A stretch of DNA of 64,000 bases from Escherichia coli. Lineage in GTDB: Bacteria; Pseudomonadota; Gammaproteobacteria; Enterobacterales; Enterobacteriaceae. The stretch lies in the NCBI RefSeq assembly GCF_003334765.1, contig NZ_QOWT01000014.1, one strand, 5' to 3'. Made by a program: the position numbers and the translations under genes. Below the pieces are notes generated by a model. It was not told where the DNA came from and searched no databases. It saw only the letters and a program-made list of their open reading frames with translations. Shown here piece after piece: positions 13,904 to 27,865 of this stretch. Numbering within the stretch: the first letter of the stretch is position 1; the number at the start of each line of letters is the position of its first letter.

Positions 13904-14830
13904 ATGACTGAACAACAAATTAGCCGAACTCAGGCGTGGCTGGAAAGTTTACGACCTAAAACCCTCCCCCTCGCCTTTGCTGCAATTATCGTCGGGACAG
14001 CGCTGGCATGGTGGCAAGGTCACTTCGATCCGCTGGTCGCCCTGCTGGCACTAATTACCGCCGGGCTATTACAGATCCTTTCTAACCTCGCCAATGATTA
14101 CGGCGATGCGGTAAAAGGCAGCGATAAACCTGACCGCATTGGGCCGCTACGCGGCATGCAAAAAGGGGTCATTACCCAGCAAGAGATGAAACGGGCGCTC
14201 ATTATTACCGTCGTGCTCATCTGTCTCTCCGGGCTGGCACTGGTTGCAGTGGCATGCCATACGCTGGCCGATTTTGTCGGTTTCCTGATTCTTGGCGGGT
14301 TGTCGATCATTGCCGCTATCACCTACACCGTGGGCAATCGTCCTTATGGTTATATCGGTCTGGGTGATATTTCCGTACTGGTTTTCTTTGGCTGGTTGAG
14401 TGTCATGGGGAGCTGGTATTTACAGGCTCATACATTGATTCCGGCACTGATCCTTCCGGCGACCGCATGCGGCCTGCTGGCAACGGCAGTACTGAATATT
14501 AATAACCTGCGTGATATCAATAGCGACCGCGAAAATGGCAAAAACACGCTGGTGGTGCGCTTAGGTGAAGTGAACGCGCGTCGTTATCATGCCTGCCTGC
14601 TGATGGGCTCGCTGGTGTGTCTGGCGCTGTTTAATCTCTTTTCGCTGCATAGCCTGTGGGGCTGGCTGTTCCTGCTGGCGGCACCATTACTGGTGAAGCA
14701 AGCCCGTTATGTGATGCGGGAAATGGACCCGGTGGCGATGCGACCAATGCTGGAACGTACTGTCAAGGGAGCGTTACTGACTAACCTGCTGTTTGTTTTA
14801 GGGATATTCCTAAGCCAGTGGGCAGCATAA
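13904..14830 (+). CDS. menA: 1,4-dihydroxy-2-naphthoate octaprenyltransferase
   Basis: Track ORF 312 aa (MARIMTEQQ...); 308 aa from ATG at 13904 (MTEQQISRTQAWLESLRPKTLPLAF...); polytopic membrane protein with UbiA-like NDxxD motif. Confidence 0.9.
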   Translation: MTEQQISRTQAWLESLRPKTLPLAFAAIIVGTALAWWQGHFDPLVALLALITAGLLQILSNLANDYGDAVKGSDKPDRIGPLRGMQKGVITQQEMKRALIITVVLICLSGLALVAVACHTLADFVGFLILGGLSIIAAITYTVGNRPYGYIGLGDISVLVFFGWLSVMGSWYLQAHTLIPALILPATACGLLATAVLNINNLRDINSDRENGKNTLVVRLGEVNARRYHACLLMGSLVCLALFNLFSLHSLWGWLFLLAAPLLVKQARYVMREMDPVAMRPMLERTVKGALLTNLLFVLGIFLSQWAA

Positions 14831-14922
14831 CTGACAAATATCAATTAACAATTGATGATTTTGCCAACAGCCCACATAGCGCGATATACTGAAAATTCTC
14901 GCAGCAACTGAATGTTAAGCCT

Positions 14923-15408
14923 ATGAAATACGATACTTCCGAGCTTTGTGACATCTATCAAGAAGATGTTAACGTCGTGGAACCGCTGTTCTCCAACTTT
15001 GGCGGACGGGCGTCGTTTGGCGGACAAATAATCACGGTAAAATGTTTCGAGGACAACGGGTTGCTGTACGATCTGCTCGAACAGAATGGCCGTGGTCGTG
15101 TTCTTGTCGTCGATGGCGGTGGTTCTGTTCGTCGCGCACTGGTCGATGCTGAACTGGCGCGTCTGGCAGTACAAAATGAATGGGAAGGTCTGGTCATTTA
15201 CGGCGCGGTGCGTCAGGTAGATGACCTGGAAGAGTTGGATATCGGCATCCAGGCGATGGCGGCAATTCCGGTTGGTGCCGCTGGCGAAGGCATTGGCGAA
15301 AGCGATGTCCGCGTCAATTTTGGCGGTGTCACCTTCTTCTCCGGCGACCATCTTTATGCCGACAATACCGGGATTATTCTTTCAGAAGATCCGCTGGATA
15401 TTGAATGA
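14923..15408 (+). CDS. rraA: regulator of RNase E activity A
   Basis: 161-aa [70 protein letters not shown]. Confidence 0.94.
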
Positions 15409-15411
15409 TAA

Positions 15412-15438
15412 GAAAGGCACCGCAAGGTGCCTTTTTTC
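15412..15438. terminator. bidirectional intrinsic terminator between convergent rraA and zapB
   Basis: AAGGCACC-GCAA-GGTGCCTT followed by T6; A-rich on the other side. Confidence 0.8.
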
Positions 15439-15492
15439 TGCGTTACCTGTTGGCCTACACAGTAAAGAAATTACGCGGAAGATGAAGCGTAA

Positions 15493-15786
<294 letters not shown>

Positions 15787-16039
15787 TTACCGGTGACGCC
15801 TTAATAAATACGAGCGCACTTTAGTTAGCTCCGATTGTATGAAGCCGCGCCATCGCTGTCCAGCGGCACGCCTTGCAGATTACGGTTTGCCACACTTTTC
15901 ATCCTTCTCCTGGTGACATAATCCACATCAATCGAAAATGTTAATAAATTTGTTGCGCGAATGATCTAACAAACATGCATCATGTACAATCAGATGGAAT
16001 AAATGGCGCGATAACGCTCATTTTATGACGAGGCACACA

Positions 16040-16105
16040 CATTTTAAGTTCGATATTTCTCGTTTTTGCTCGTTAACGATAAGTTTACAGCATGCCTACA
16101 AGCAT
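16040..16105. promoter_or_regulatory. glpFKX promoter region with probable GlpR operator repeats
   Basis: AAGTTCGATATTTCTCGTTT and TTTGCTCGTTAACGATAAG resemble GlpR half-sites (TTCGATAACGAA-like); position 60-120 bp upstream of glpF. Confidence 0.35.
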
Positions 16106-16162
16106 CGTGGAGGTCCGTGACTTTCACGCATACAACAAACATTAACTCTTCAGGATCCGATT

Positions 16163-18539
<2,377 letters not shown>

Positions 18540-18540
18540 T

Positions 18541-18610
18541 GTAAATGCCGAATGAAGCGTTTATGCCGCATCCGGTAGTCCCGAAACGTGCGGGGGCAAC
18601 CCCGCACACA
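18541..18610. repeat. REP-like fragment and hairpin in glpK-glpX spacer
   Basis: GCCGCATCCGG fragment plus GTGCGGGG-GCAA-CCCCGCAC hairpin; source of spurious N-terminal extension of glpX in track. Confidence 0.45.
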
Positions 18611-18673
18611 TCAATAATCCCTCCCTTCCCCTGTGCTACACTTCGCGCCATTCCTTACTGCTTAGAGTTTGCT

Positions 18674-19684
18674 ATGAGACGAGAACTTGCCATCGAATTT
18701 TCCCGCGTCACCGAATCAGCGGCGCTGGCTGGCTACAAATGGTTAGGACGCGGCGATAAAAACACCGCGGACGGCGCGGCGGTAAACGCCATGCGTATTA
18801 TGCTCAACCAGGTCAACATTGACGGCACCATCGTCATTGGTGAAGGTGAAATCGACGAAGCACCGATGCTCTACATTGGTGAAAAAGTCGGTACTGGTCG
18901 CGGCGACGCGGTAGATATTGCTGTTGATCCGATTGAAGGCACGCGCATGACGGCGATGGGCCAGGCTAACGCGCTGGCGGTGCTGGCAGTAGGCGATAAA
19001 GGCTGCTTCCTCAATGCGCCGGATATGTATATGGAGAAGCTGATTGTCGGGCCGGGAGCCAAAGGCACCATTGATCTGAACCTGCCGCTGGCGGATAACC
19101 TGCGCAATGTAGCGGCGGCGCTCGGCAAACCGTTGAGCGAACTGACGGTAACGATTCTGGCTAAACCACGCCACGATGCCGTTATCGCTGAAATGCAGCA
19201 ACTCGGCGTACGCGTATTTGCTATTCCGGACGGCGACGTTGCGGCCTCAATTCTCACCTGTATGCCAGACAGCGAAGTTGACGTGCTGTACGGTATTGGT
19301 GGCGCGCCGGAAGGCGTAGTTTCTGCGGCGGTGATCCGCGCATTAGATGGCGACATGAACGGTCGTCTGCTGGCGCGTCATGACGTCAAAGGCGACAACG
19401 AAGAGAATCGTCGCATTGGCGAGCAGGAGCTGGCACGCTGCAAAGCGATGGGCATCGAAGCCGGTAAAGTATTGCGCCTGGGCGATATGGCGCGCAGCGA
19501 TAACGTCATCTTCTCTGCCACCGGTATTACCAAAGGCGATCTGCTGGAAGGCATTAGCCGCAAAGGCAATATCGCGACTACCGAAACGCTGCTGATCCGC
19601 GGCAAGTCACGCACCATTCGCCGCATTCAGTCCATCCACTATCTGGATCGCAAAGACCCGGAAATGCAGGTGCACATCCTCTGA
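18674..19684 (+). CDS. glpX: class II fructose-1,6-bisphosphatase
   Basis: Track ORF 379 aa; ATG at 18674 gives 336 aa MRRELAIEFSRVTESAALAGYKWLGRGDKNTADGAAVNAMR. Confidence 0.94.
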   Translation: MRRELAIEFSRVTESAALAGYKWLGRGDKNTADGAAVNAMRIMLNQVNIDGTIVIGEGEIDEAPMLYIGEKVGTGRGDAVDIAVDPIEGTRMTAMGQANALAVLAVGDKGCFLNAPDMYMEKLIVGPGAKGTIDLNLPLADNLRNVAAALGKPLSELTVTILAKPRHDAVIAEMQQLGVRVFAIPDGDVAASILTCMPDSEVDVLYGIGGAPEGVVSAAVIRALDGDMNGRLLARHDVKGDNEENRRIGEQELARCKAMGIEAGKVLRLGDMARSDNVIFSATGITKGDLLEGISRKGNIATTETLLIRGKSRTIRRIQSIHYLDRKDPEMQVHIL

Positions 19685-19704
19685 TTGATTTGATCGATTG
19701 AGCC

Positions 19705-19733
19705 TTCCAGTCCTTCGGGACTGGAATTTTTTT
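19705..19733 (+). terminator. intrinsic terminator of glpFKX
   Basis: TTCCAGTCC-TTCG-GGACTGGAA followed by T7. Confidence 0.85.
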
Positions 19734-19780
19734 GTTCGGAGAACGAAGATAAGGCAAGTCAATCAAAACAGGAGAAAAAC

Positions 19781-20527
19781 ATGGCTGATTGGGTAACAGG
19801 CAAAGTCACTAAAGTGCAGAACTGGACCGACGCCCTGTTTAGTCTCACCGTTCACGCCCCCGTGCTTCCGTTTACCGCCGGGCAATTTACCAAGCTTGGC
19901 CTTGAAATCGACGGCGAACGCGTCCAGCGCGCCTACTCCTATGTAAACTCGCCCGATAATCCCGATCTGGAGTTTTACCTGGTCACCGTCCCCGATGGCA
20001 AATTAAGCCCACGACTGGCGGCACTGAAACCAGGCGATGAAGTGCAGGTGGTTAGCGAAGCGGCAGGATTCTTTGTGCTCGATGAAGTGCCGCACTGCGA
20101 AACGCTATGGATGCTGGCAACCGGTACAGCGATTGGCCCTTATTTATCGATTCTGCAACTAGGTAAAGATTTAGATCGCTTCAAAAATCTGGTCCTGGTG
20201 CACGCCGCACGTTATGCCGCCGACTTAAGCTATTTGCCACTGATGCAGGAACTGGAAAAACGCTACGAAGGAAAACTGCGCATTCAGACGGTGGTCAGTC
20301 GGGAAACGGCAGCGGGGTCGCTCACCGGACGGATACCGGCATTAATTGAAAGTGGGGAACTGGAAAGCACGATTGGCCTGCCGATGAATAAAGAAACCAG
20401 CCATGTGATGCTGTGCGGCAATCCACAGATGGTGCGCGATACACAACAGTTGCTGAAAGAGACCCGGCAGATGACGAAACATTTACGTCGCCGACCGGGC
20501 CATATGACAGCGGAGCATTACTGGTAA
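19781..20527 (+). CDS. fpr: ferredoxin/flavodoxin-NADP(+) reductase
   Basis: 248-aa ORF MADWVTGKVTKVQNWTDALFSLTVHAPVLPFTAGQFTKLGLEIDGERVQRAYSYVNSP. Confidence 0.95.
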   Translation: MADWVTGKVTKVQNWTDALFSLTVHAPVLPFTAGQFTKLGLEIDGERVQRAYSYVNSPDNPDLEFYLVTVPDGKLSPRLAALKPGDEVQVVSEAAGFFVLDEVPHCETLWMLATGTAIGPYLSILQLGKDLDRFKNLVLVHAARYAADLSYLPLMQELEKRYEGKLRIQTVVSRETAAGSLTGRIPALIESGELESTIGLPMNKETSHVMLCGNPQMVRDTQQLLKETRQMTKHLRRRPGHMTAEHYW

Positions 20528-20531
20528 GCGG

Positions 20532-20960
20532 TTACTTATCGATAAACGGCACGATGAGCAAATCCGCACTCATCTTATTGATCATCCCGCGATATGCCGG
20601 CATCAAACGGTTGATAAATGAGTGATGATGACCACAGACAAGGAGGTCGCACTGCTCTTTTTGCATAATTTCCAGCAGTGTTTCCGGCATTTCTCCGCGT
20701 TCAATACGCAGTTTTGTCTTCGGCCATTGAATATTTTTCGTCAGTTTATACAGCTTGTTATCCGACTTATTCTTCAACAATTGAAGAATATCTTCTGTTG
20801 CAGGGAAGTAGATACCCGGATACAACTCGCTTAAGCCATCATCAATATGAATTAACGTCAGGTGAGCGTCATTATGTCTGGCGAGCTCCAGGGCTTTATT
20901 CACCAGTAAGGCATCTTCTTCATTCCCGGAAATTGCCACGCCAATGTGTTTATAAGCCAT
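20532..20960 (-). CDS. uspD: universal stress protein D
   Basis: 142-aa [43 protein letters not shown]; UspA-family fold; position next to fpr. Confidence 0.9.
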
Positions 20961-20986
20961 GTTTAACTCCTTCTAAAGCAACTCCA

Positions 20987-21286
20987 TCAAGCTAACGAAC
21001 GCAGTGATAACTCAAAAATAATCATCTCGGCCTGGCATGAGAAAGTGAAGGCCGCATCAAGCTCAACTTGCCCCTCCAGATCCTTAATCTTATAGGCCAC
21101 GCTGGCCCCTTCATCTGCAGAGGATGTAGCGGCGGCAAGCTCTTTCAGTTTGGTCATAAAAGACTCTGCTTCTTCGCGGGTGGCAAAAAAGCGCGAAAAC
21201 TTACTGGTACAGTTGTCGTTATCAATCACCGTACCGATATCAATCGCACATCCTTTAGTACTGCATTTATCTACGACATCTTTCAT
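20987..21286 (-). CDS. yiiS: YiiS, small protein of unknown function (DUF406 family)
   Basis: 99-aa [29 protein letters not shown]...; 26 bp upstream of uspD, likely co-transcribed. Confidence 0.85.
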
Positions 21287-21497
21287 AGGGCACCTCTGTA
21301 TATTCGCCTCTCTGTCGATTACGACTTAAGAATAATGCGCCGTTAAGGGAAGAACAAACAAGTAATGATCTTATGGATTACCATTTTTTTTGATATTGCT
21401 TAAGGTGAAGAGTTCAGAAGGATTTTCCGGGTATTGTCATTTGCATCGTGGAAATAACAATCCCGGAAAAAAATAGCAGTAAGAGATATATTAAAGG

Positions 21498-21938
21498 TTA
21501 ATTACTTGATTTATTGTCGGCTTTATACTTCACATCCTGAGTATCTTTACCATATTTATTTTCGCCTTGTGTGCCAACAAACGCACCAAGATCGATAAGC
21601 ATCATCACCAGAATCAACGTCGGGACAAAACGCCCCACCGCCCATTGCCAGACACCCGGTAAAATCGCCCAGTTACCCGCCAGCAGCATCCACGCCACAA
21701 TCATCAGAAATGCCCATGCGCCGGAACGCCCGCGATCATGCAAGCGCTTAACAGTTACTGCCGCTGTTGGCCAGAGCAAGCACACAAGGCAAAACGCCGC
21801 GGTCTGAATATCGAGTAGATTCTTACCCGCCAGTGAGAAAAGCACCAGCATGCCTGCGAACCACAGGCCTATCCAAATCCAGAAATCACGGCGTCCAATA
21901 CGCCCTTTAAATGAGAATAACCATTGCTGTATGGTCAT
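21498..21938 (-). CDS. yiiR: YiiR, DUF805-family inner membrane protein
   Basis: 146-aa ORF MTIQQWLFSFKGRIGRRDFWIWIGLWFAGMLVLF; hydrophobic segments. Confidence 0.88.
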   Translation of the reverse strand: MTIQQWLFSFKGRIGRRDFWIWIGLWFAGMLVLFSLAGKNLLDIQTAAFCLVCLLWPTAAVTVKRLHDRGRSGAWAFLMIVAWMLLAGNWAILPGVWQWAVGRFVPTLILVMMLIDLGAFVGTQGENKYGKDTQDVKYKADNKSSN

Positions 21939-22038
21939 GTAAGTTCCTTGATGGTTGTCTTTTCCAGGATTCTACCCTTTTGACAAGGGCGACAGATATC
22001 GTTTTAATCGGAGCCAGTCATAACAAAAGGTACTGTCA

Positions 22039-22638
22039 ATGAAGCCAGGGTGTACGCTGTTTTTTCTCTTATGTTCTGCATTAACCGTTACAACAGCGGC
22101 GCATGCACAAACACCAGATACGGCAACGACCGCGCCTTATCTGCTGGCTGGAGCCCCTACTTTCGATCTCTCCATCAGCCAGTTTCGAGAAGACTTTAAC
22201 AGCCAGAATCCCAGCCTGCCACTGAACGAATTTCGTGCCATCGACAGCAGTCCCGACAAAGCCAATCTCACTCGTGCTGCAAGTAAAATTAATGAGAACT
22301 TGTATGCTTCTACAGCGCTGGAGCGCGGTACCTTAAAAATCAAAAGCATTCAAATGACCTGGCTACCCATCCAGGGGCCAGAGCAAAAAGCCGCGAAAGC
22401 GAAAGCTCAGGAATACATGGCAGCGGTGATCCGCACACTCACCCCATTAATGACCAAAACACAAAGCCAGAAAAAACTGCAGTCGCTACTAACGGCGGGG
22501 AAAAACAAACGTTATTACACCGAGACAGAAGGTGCACTGCGTTATGTTGTCGCGGACAACGGCGAAAAGGGGCTGACCTTCGCTGTTGAACCGATTAAGC
22601 TGGCGCTATCTGAATCGCTTGAAGGTTTGAATAAATGA
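22039..22638 (+). CDS. yiiQ: YiiQ, secreted protein of unknown function (signal peptide)
   Basis: 199-aa ORF with signal peptide MKPGCTLFFLLCSALTVTTAAHA. Confidence 0.88.
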   Translation: MKPGCTLFFLLCSALTVTTAAHAQTPDTATTAPYLLAGAPTFDLSISQFREDFNSQNPSLPLNEFRAIDSSPDKANLTRAASKINENLYASTALERGTLKIKSIQMTWLPIQGPEQKAAKAKAQEYMAAVIRTLTPLMTKTQSQKKLQSLLTAGKNKRYYTETEGALRYVVADNGEKGLTFAVEPIKLALSESLEGLNK

Positions 22639-22745
22639 CAAAAAGCAAAGCCTTTGTGCCGATGAATCTCTATACTGTTTCACAGACCTGCTGCCCTGCG
22701 GGGCGGCCATCTTCCTTTATTCGCTTATAAGCGTGGAGAATTAAA

Positions 22746-23513
22746 ATGCGACATCCTTTAGTGATGGGTAACTGGAAACTGAACGGCAGCCGCCACATGG
22801 TTCACGAGCTGGTTTCTAACCTGCGTAAAGAGCTGGCAGGTGTTGCTGGCTGTGCGGTTGCAATCGCACCACCGGAAATGTATATCGATATGGCGAAGCG
22901 CGAAGCTGAAGGCAGCCACATCATGCTGGGTGCGCAAAACGTGGACCTGAACCTGTCCGGCGCATTCACCGGTGAAACCTCTGCTGCTATGCTGAAAGAC
23001 ATCGGCGCACAGTACATCATCATCGGTCACTCTGAACGTCGTACTTACCACAAAGAATCTGACGAACTGATCGCGAAAAAATTCGCGGTGCTGAAAGAGC
23101 AGGGCCTGACTCCGGTTCTGTGCATCGGTGAAACCGAAGCTGAAAATGAAGCGGGCAAAACTGAAGAAGTTTGCGCACGTCAGATCGACGCGGTACTGAA
23201 AACTCAGGGTGCTGCGGCATTCGAAGGTGCGGTTATCGCTTACGAACCTGTATGGGCAATCGGTACTGGCAAATCTGCAACTCCGGCTCAGGCACAGGCT
23301 GTTCACAAATTCATCCGTGACCACATCGCTAAAGTTGACGCTAACATCGCTGAACAAGTGATCATTCAGTACGGCGGCTCTGTAAACGCGTCTAACGCTG
23401 CAGAACTGTTTGCTCAGCCGGATATCGACGGCGCGCTGGTTGGTGGTGCTTCTCTGAAAGCTGACGCCTTCGCAGTAATCGTTAAAGCTGCAGAAGCGGC
23501 TAAACAGGCTTAA
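22746..23513 (+). CDS. tpiA: triosephosphate isomerase
   Basis: 255-aa [33 protein letters not shown]...IIGHSERR...[11 protein letters not shown]. Confidence 0.97.
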
Positions 23514-23522
23514 GTCTGACAG

Positions 23523-23552
23523 GTGCCGGATTTCATATCCGGCACTTACTTT
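23523..23552. terminator. hairpin terminator between convergent tpiA and cdh
   Basis: GTGCCGGAT-TTCAT-ATCCGGCAC, 10 bp after tpiA stop, followed by T-rich run. Confidence 0.7.
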
Positions 23553-23567
23553 CCTTAACTCTTCGCC

Positions 23568-24323
23568 TTAACGCAAAATCTCACACTGATGATCCTGAAT
23601 TTCCTCGGCTGAAGCACGGTTAAGCGTCAGTAGATTTCGTTGTGTCGCCAGCAATACAAATGAGTTATCACTCTGCCGTACCATCGCCAGCCCGTAGCGT
23701 CCCATATGTTCCCGCGCCTCAGGTACTTCTTCTGCCAGCATCATAAATGGGCTGCGTTGTACCAGTTCGCTTTCCGTTACCCGACGCGCCAGGTATTCAT
23801 GCCCGCGCAAACCACCTGGCAGTGGCAACCAGCGGCTGCTGATGTTCGCCAGATTGTTATCCAGCTGTTTGCGCACATCAGGACGAATACAAGAGATATG
23901 AATATGAAAATGGTTTTGCGTACGCCCGGTGCGGGAGTTGATCGCCAAAGAAACCGCGCGATCGGGAACCGGCTGGCCGTATTTTTTGCTCATAAAATCA
24001 CGCGCCTGCCAAGCCAACCAAAAGAAGTTCGGCGTTGAAGGATCGGTCAACAAAGGACTTTCAGTACCGTTAATACGATACGTTGGCATCAACAGATATT
24101 GCAGTGGGCCATTAAGATCTTTTAAAACCACGTATCCGGCATTGGGTTTGACTTCCGCACATGGCGAAGGATTTTGATTTTGCTGCTGATTGGGCAAACA
24201 TTCCTCAAGGACAATCTTACGTAATGTATCCGACTCTTCACCGGTTAATTTCCAGTAACCAATACCGGCAGCCACAACGGCGATAACTATCATCACCAAA
24301 AAAAGAAGACCCGCTTTTTTCAT
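23568..24323 (-). CDS. cdh: CDP-diacylglycerol pyrophosphatase
   Basis: Track ORF 315 aa overlaps sbp; ATG at 24323 gives 251 aa [26 protein letters not shown]... Confidence 0.9.
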
Positions 24324-24373
24324 CTTTTTTTCCCTGTACCTCAAAGAGATGCAAGGGTAACGCAAAATCGTGA

Positions 24374-24408
24374 CAAATAAAAAACCCGGTCGCGAGAAAC
24401 CACCGGGT
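24374..24408 (-). terminator. intrinsic terminator of sbp
   Basis: Minus-strand reading ACCCGGT-GGTTTCTCGCG-ACCGGGT followed by T6ATTTG. Confidence 0.75.
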
Positions 24409-24429
24409 TTGATAATTATCCTGGGGAAA

Positions 24430-25419
24430 TCAGCGTTTGCTGATCTGATCGAACGTACCGCCGTTAGCAAAATGCTCTTTTTGCGCTTTCGTCCAGCCGC
24501 CGAACTCTTCATCAATGGTGAATAACTTCAGCTTTGGAAACGCATTTTCGTACTTTTTCGCCACCTCAGCGTCGCGCGGACGGTAGTAGTTTTTCGCGGC
24601 AATTTCCTGACCTTCTGGCGAGTAGAGATATTTCAGGTAGGCTTCCGCCACCTCTTTAGTACCTTTTTTCTCGACCACTTTATCGACCACCGACACGGTT
24701 GGCTCTGCGAGGATAGACTCACTCGGCGTGACGATTTCGAATTTATCTTTCCCCAGTTCATTCGCTGCCAGCAGAGCTTCGTTTTCCCAGGCAATCAGTA
24801 CATCGCCAATTCCGCGCTCGACAAAAGTGTTAGTGGAGCCACGCGCGCCAGAATCCAGAACTTCGACGTTTTTATACAGTGCCCGAACAAAATCCTGTGC
24901 TTTTGCCTGATCGTTGTTGTTGTGATGCAGCGCGTAGCCCCAGGCTGCCAGGTAGTTCCAGCGCGCGCCACCAGAGCTTTTCGGATTAGGCGTGATCACC
25001 GAAACACCCGGTTTAATCAGATCGTTCCAGTCATGGATCTGCTTCGGATTTCCCTTACGTACCAGGAAAACAATGGTGGAAGTGTACGGTGCGGAGTTAT
25101 CCGGCAGACGTTTGATCCACTCTTTATCAATCCGCCCGCGTTCCGCAATTGCGTCCACGTCATAGGCCAGAGCCAGCGTGACAACATCAGCTTCAATACC
25201 GTTGATTACCGACGTCGCTTGTTTACCTGAGCCACCGTGTGACTGACGAATCACCACGTTATCACCAGTTTGCTGTTTCCAGTGGGCGCTGAATGCCTTG
25301 TTGTACTGTTCGTACAATTCGCGCGTTGGATCATATGAAACGTTAAGAAGCTGAATATCCTTTGCCATAACGCTGGTTGCCGCCAGCAAAAATGTTAACC
25401 CTACGCCCCACTTGTTCAT
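24430..25419 (-). CDS. sbp: periplasmic sulfate-binding protein
   Basis: 329-aa ORF with signal peptide [19 protein letters not shown] then [24 protein letters not shown]. Confidence 0.96.
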
Positions 25420-25554
25420 CGCCCGACTCTCTTATGTTGTGTTGTGATGAGCAAAGCGTGCCAGAAGGTTAACCAAACATTAAAGAATAAAAAAAGATTG
25501 GCTATAACTTGCGGGTATATGTTGAGGGATTAAAAAGGCGGAAGAAATCCGCCT

Positions 25555-25654
25555 CATATTGCTGACAAAGTGCGCTTTGTCCATGCCGGATGCGGCGCGA
25601 ACGCCTTATCCGGCCTACAAAAGTTTGCAAATTCAATAAATTGCAGAATTCATG
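25555..25654. repeat. REP pair with AT-rich central spacer (BIME-1/RIP-type)
   Basis: TGCCGGATGCGGCGCGAACGCCTTATCCGGCCTAC ... GTAGGCCTGATAAGCGAAGCGCATCAGGCA. Confidence 0.85.
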
Positions 25655-25738
25655 TAGGCCTGATAAGCGAAGCGCATCAGGCATTTTTGCTTCTGTCATC
25701 GGTTTCAGGGTAAAGGAATCTGCCTTTTTCCGAAATCA

Positions 25739-26701
25739 TTAATACAGTTTTTTCGCGCAGTCCAGCCAGTCACCTTTGAACGGACGCTTCATGTTTTCGA
25801 TAGCGTCGATGATGTCGTGGTGAACCAGCTGTTCGTTCTGGATACCTACACAACGACCGCCGTAACCTGCCAGCAGCAGATCGATAGCGTAAGCGCCCAT
25901 ACGGGAAGCCAGAATACGGTCGTAAGGCACCGGAGAACCACCGCGCTGGATGTGGCCCAGCACAGTTGCGCGGGTTTCACGACCGGTTTCTTTCTCGATG
26001 AAATGCGCCAGTTCGTCAACATCACACATATGTTCGGTAATCGCCACGATCGCGTGTTTTTTACCTTTCGCGATACCCGCTTTGATTTCGTTTACCAGGT
26101 CTTCACGGCTGAATTCAACTTCCGGAACCACAACGAATTCACAGCCACCGGCAATGGCCGCAGCCAACGTCAGATCTCCACAATAACGGCCCATCACTTC
26201 CACCACGGAAATACGCTGGTGAGAAGAAGAGGTGTCACGCAGACGGTCGATCGCTTCTACAACGGTGCTCAGCGCAGTGAAGAAACCGATAGTGTAGTCA
26301 GTGCCTTTGATGTCGTTGTCGATAGTGCCCGGCAGACCGATGCACGGGAAGCCCATTTCGGTCAGACGCATTGCACCCATGTAGGAACCGTCACCGCCGA
26401 TAACCACCAGCGCGTCGATACCACGTTTTTTCAGGTTTTCGATAGCCACGGCGCGGATGTTCTCGTCGCGGAATTCCGGGAAACGCGCAGAACCGAGGAA
26501 CGTACCGCCACGGTTGATCATGTCAGACACGCTGTAACGGTCTAGCTGTACCATACGGTCTTCATACAGACCCAGATAGCCGTCATAAATACCCATTACT
26601 TCCAGACCTTCTGTCAGCGCAGAACGAACAACCCCGCGAATTGCGGCGTTCATGCCTGGCGCATCACCGCCGCTTGTCAACACACCGATTTTCTTAATCA
26701 T
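25739..26701 (-). CDS. pfkA: 6-phosphofructokinase I
   Basis: Track ORF 352 aa; ATG at 26701 gives 320 aa [32 protein letters not shown]. Confidence 0.96.
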
Positions 26702-26881
26702 GACTACCTCTGAACTTTGGAATGCAAAATGAAATCTGTTGCCGGAAGTCTTCTTGCACATCGAAGTGATCCAACGAATGTGCAAATAGTATAACAATCA
26801 CTTCCTGCTGAATTGATTCAGGTCAGGCCAAATGGCGGTATTTTATACACAAAATGCGGGTCTGGCTCTCTTTTATACTGA

Positions 26882-27784
26882 TTATGAAAGCATAGACCGT
26901 TTACCCTCCCTGGGTACGACGGAACAGGGGTCCTGATGGATAATTACATCCGATCCCGGAAAACGCCGTAAAATAGCCTGCTCTACCTGATCCGCCACCA
27001 TATGTGCCTGAACCAAAGGCAGAGAGTCTTCCATTTCCAAATGAATCTGAATAAAGCGGGTCGGCCCTGACTGCCGCGTGCGAAGATCGTGAGCGCCGCT
27101 AACACCCGGCCAGGAAGTCACGATATCAATAATTTCTTGCCGTTCCTCATCAGGCAATGCGCGATCCAGTAATGACTGTACCGCCTCATATCCCATGCGT
27201 AACGCGCTATATAAAATATAGATGCCGATTCCCAATGCAAACAGAGCATCGGCGCGATGCCAGCCGTACCAGGACAACCCCAGCGCCAGCAGAATTGCGC
27301 CGTTCATCATAACATCAGACTGGTAATGTAGCATATCAGCCCGCACCGCCTGGCTTTGCGTCCGCCGCACCACCCAACGCTGAAACGAGACAAGGATAAT
27401 CGTACAAATTAGCGCCACAATTGTCACGATAACCCCGACGCCTGGATCTGTCATCGGTGTTGGAGATATCAGATGTTGAATACCCGTCAAAAACAGGAAT
27501 AGTGCCGAACCGGAGATAAACATACTTTGCGCCAGCGCCGCGAGGGACTCAGCTTTACCGTGACCAAACGAGTGATTATCGTCGGCAGGTTGCAGGGAAT
27601 ATCGCACCACCAATAAATTCGTCAACGACGCGCCGATATCCACCAGCGAATCCACCAGCGCGGCGAGAATACTCACCGACCCGGTATACCACCATGCAAA
27701 AATTTTAATCAGCAATAGCAGCGAAGCCATCGCCGTCGCAGCAATCGCCGCCCGACTGACCAGCCGTCCATAAGATTGATTCAT
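26882..27784 (-). CDS. fieF: cation-diffusion-facilitator Fe/Zn efflux transporter FieF (YiiP)
   Basis: Track ORF 306 aa; ATG at 27784 gives 300 aa [35 protein letters not shown]. Confidence 0.92.
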
Positions 27785-27865
27785 AAATACTCCCGCTATC
27801 AACTGACGCTAGTATAACGGAAGCAAATCATCTGCAATGCATTAAGCAGCAGGCAAATTGAGGAT

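Noticed and set aside
22758-23357. 199-aa minus-strand ORF antisense to tpiA
   Set aside because: Antisense shadow ORF; tpiA identification is unambiguous.
25817-26545. 242-aa plus-strand ORF antisense to pfkA
   Set aside because: Antisense shadow ORF within pfkA.
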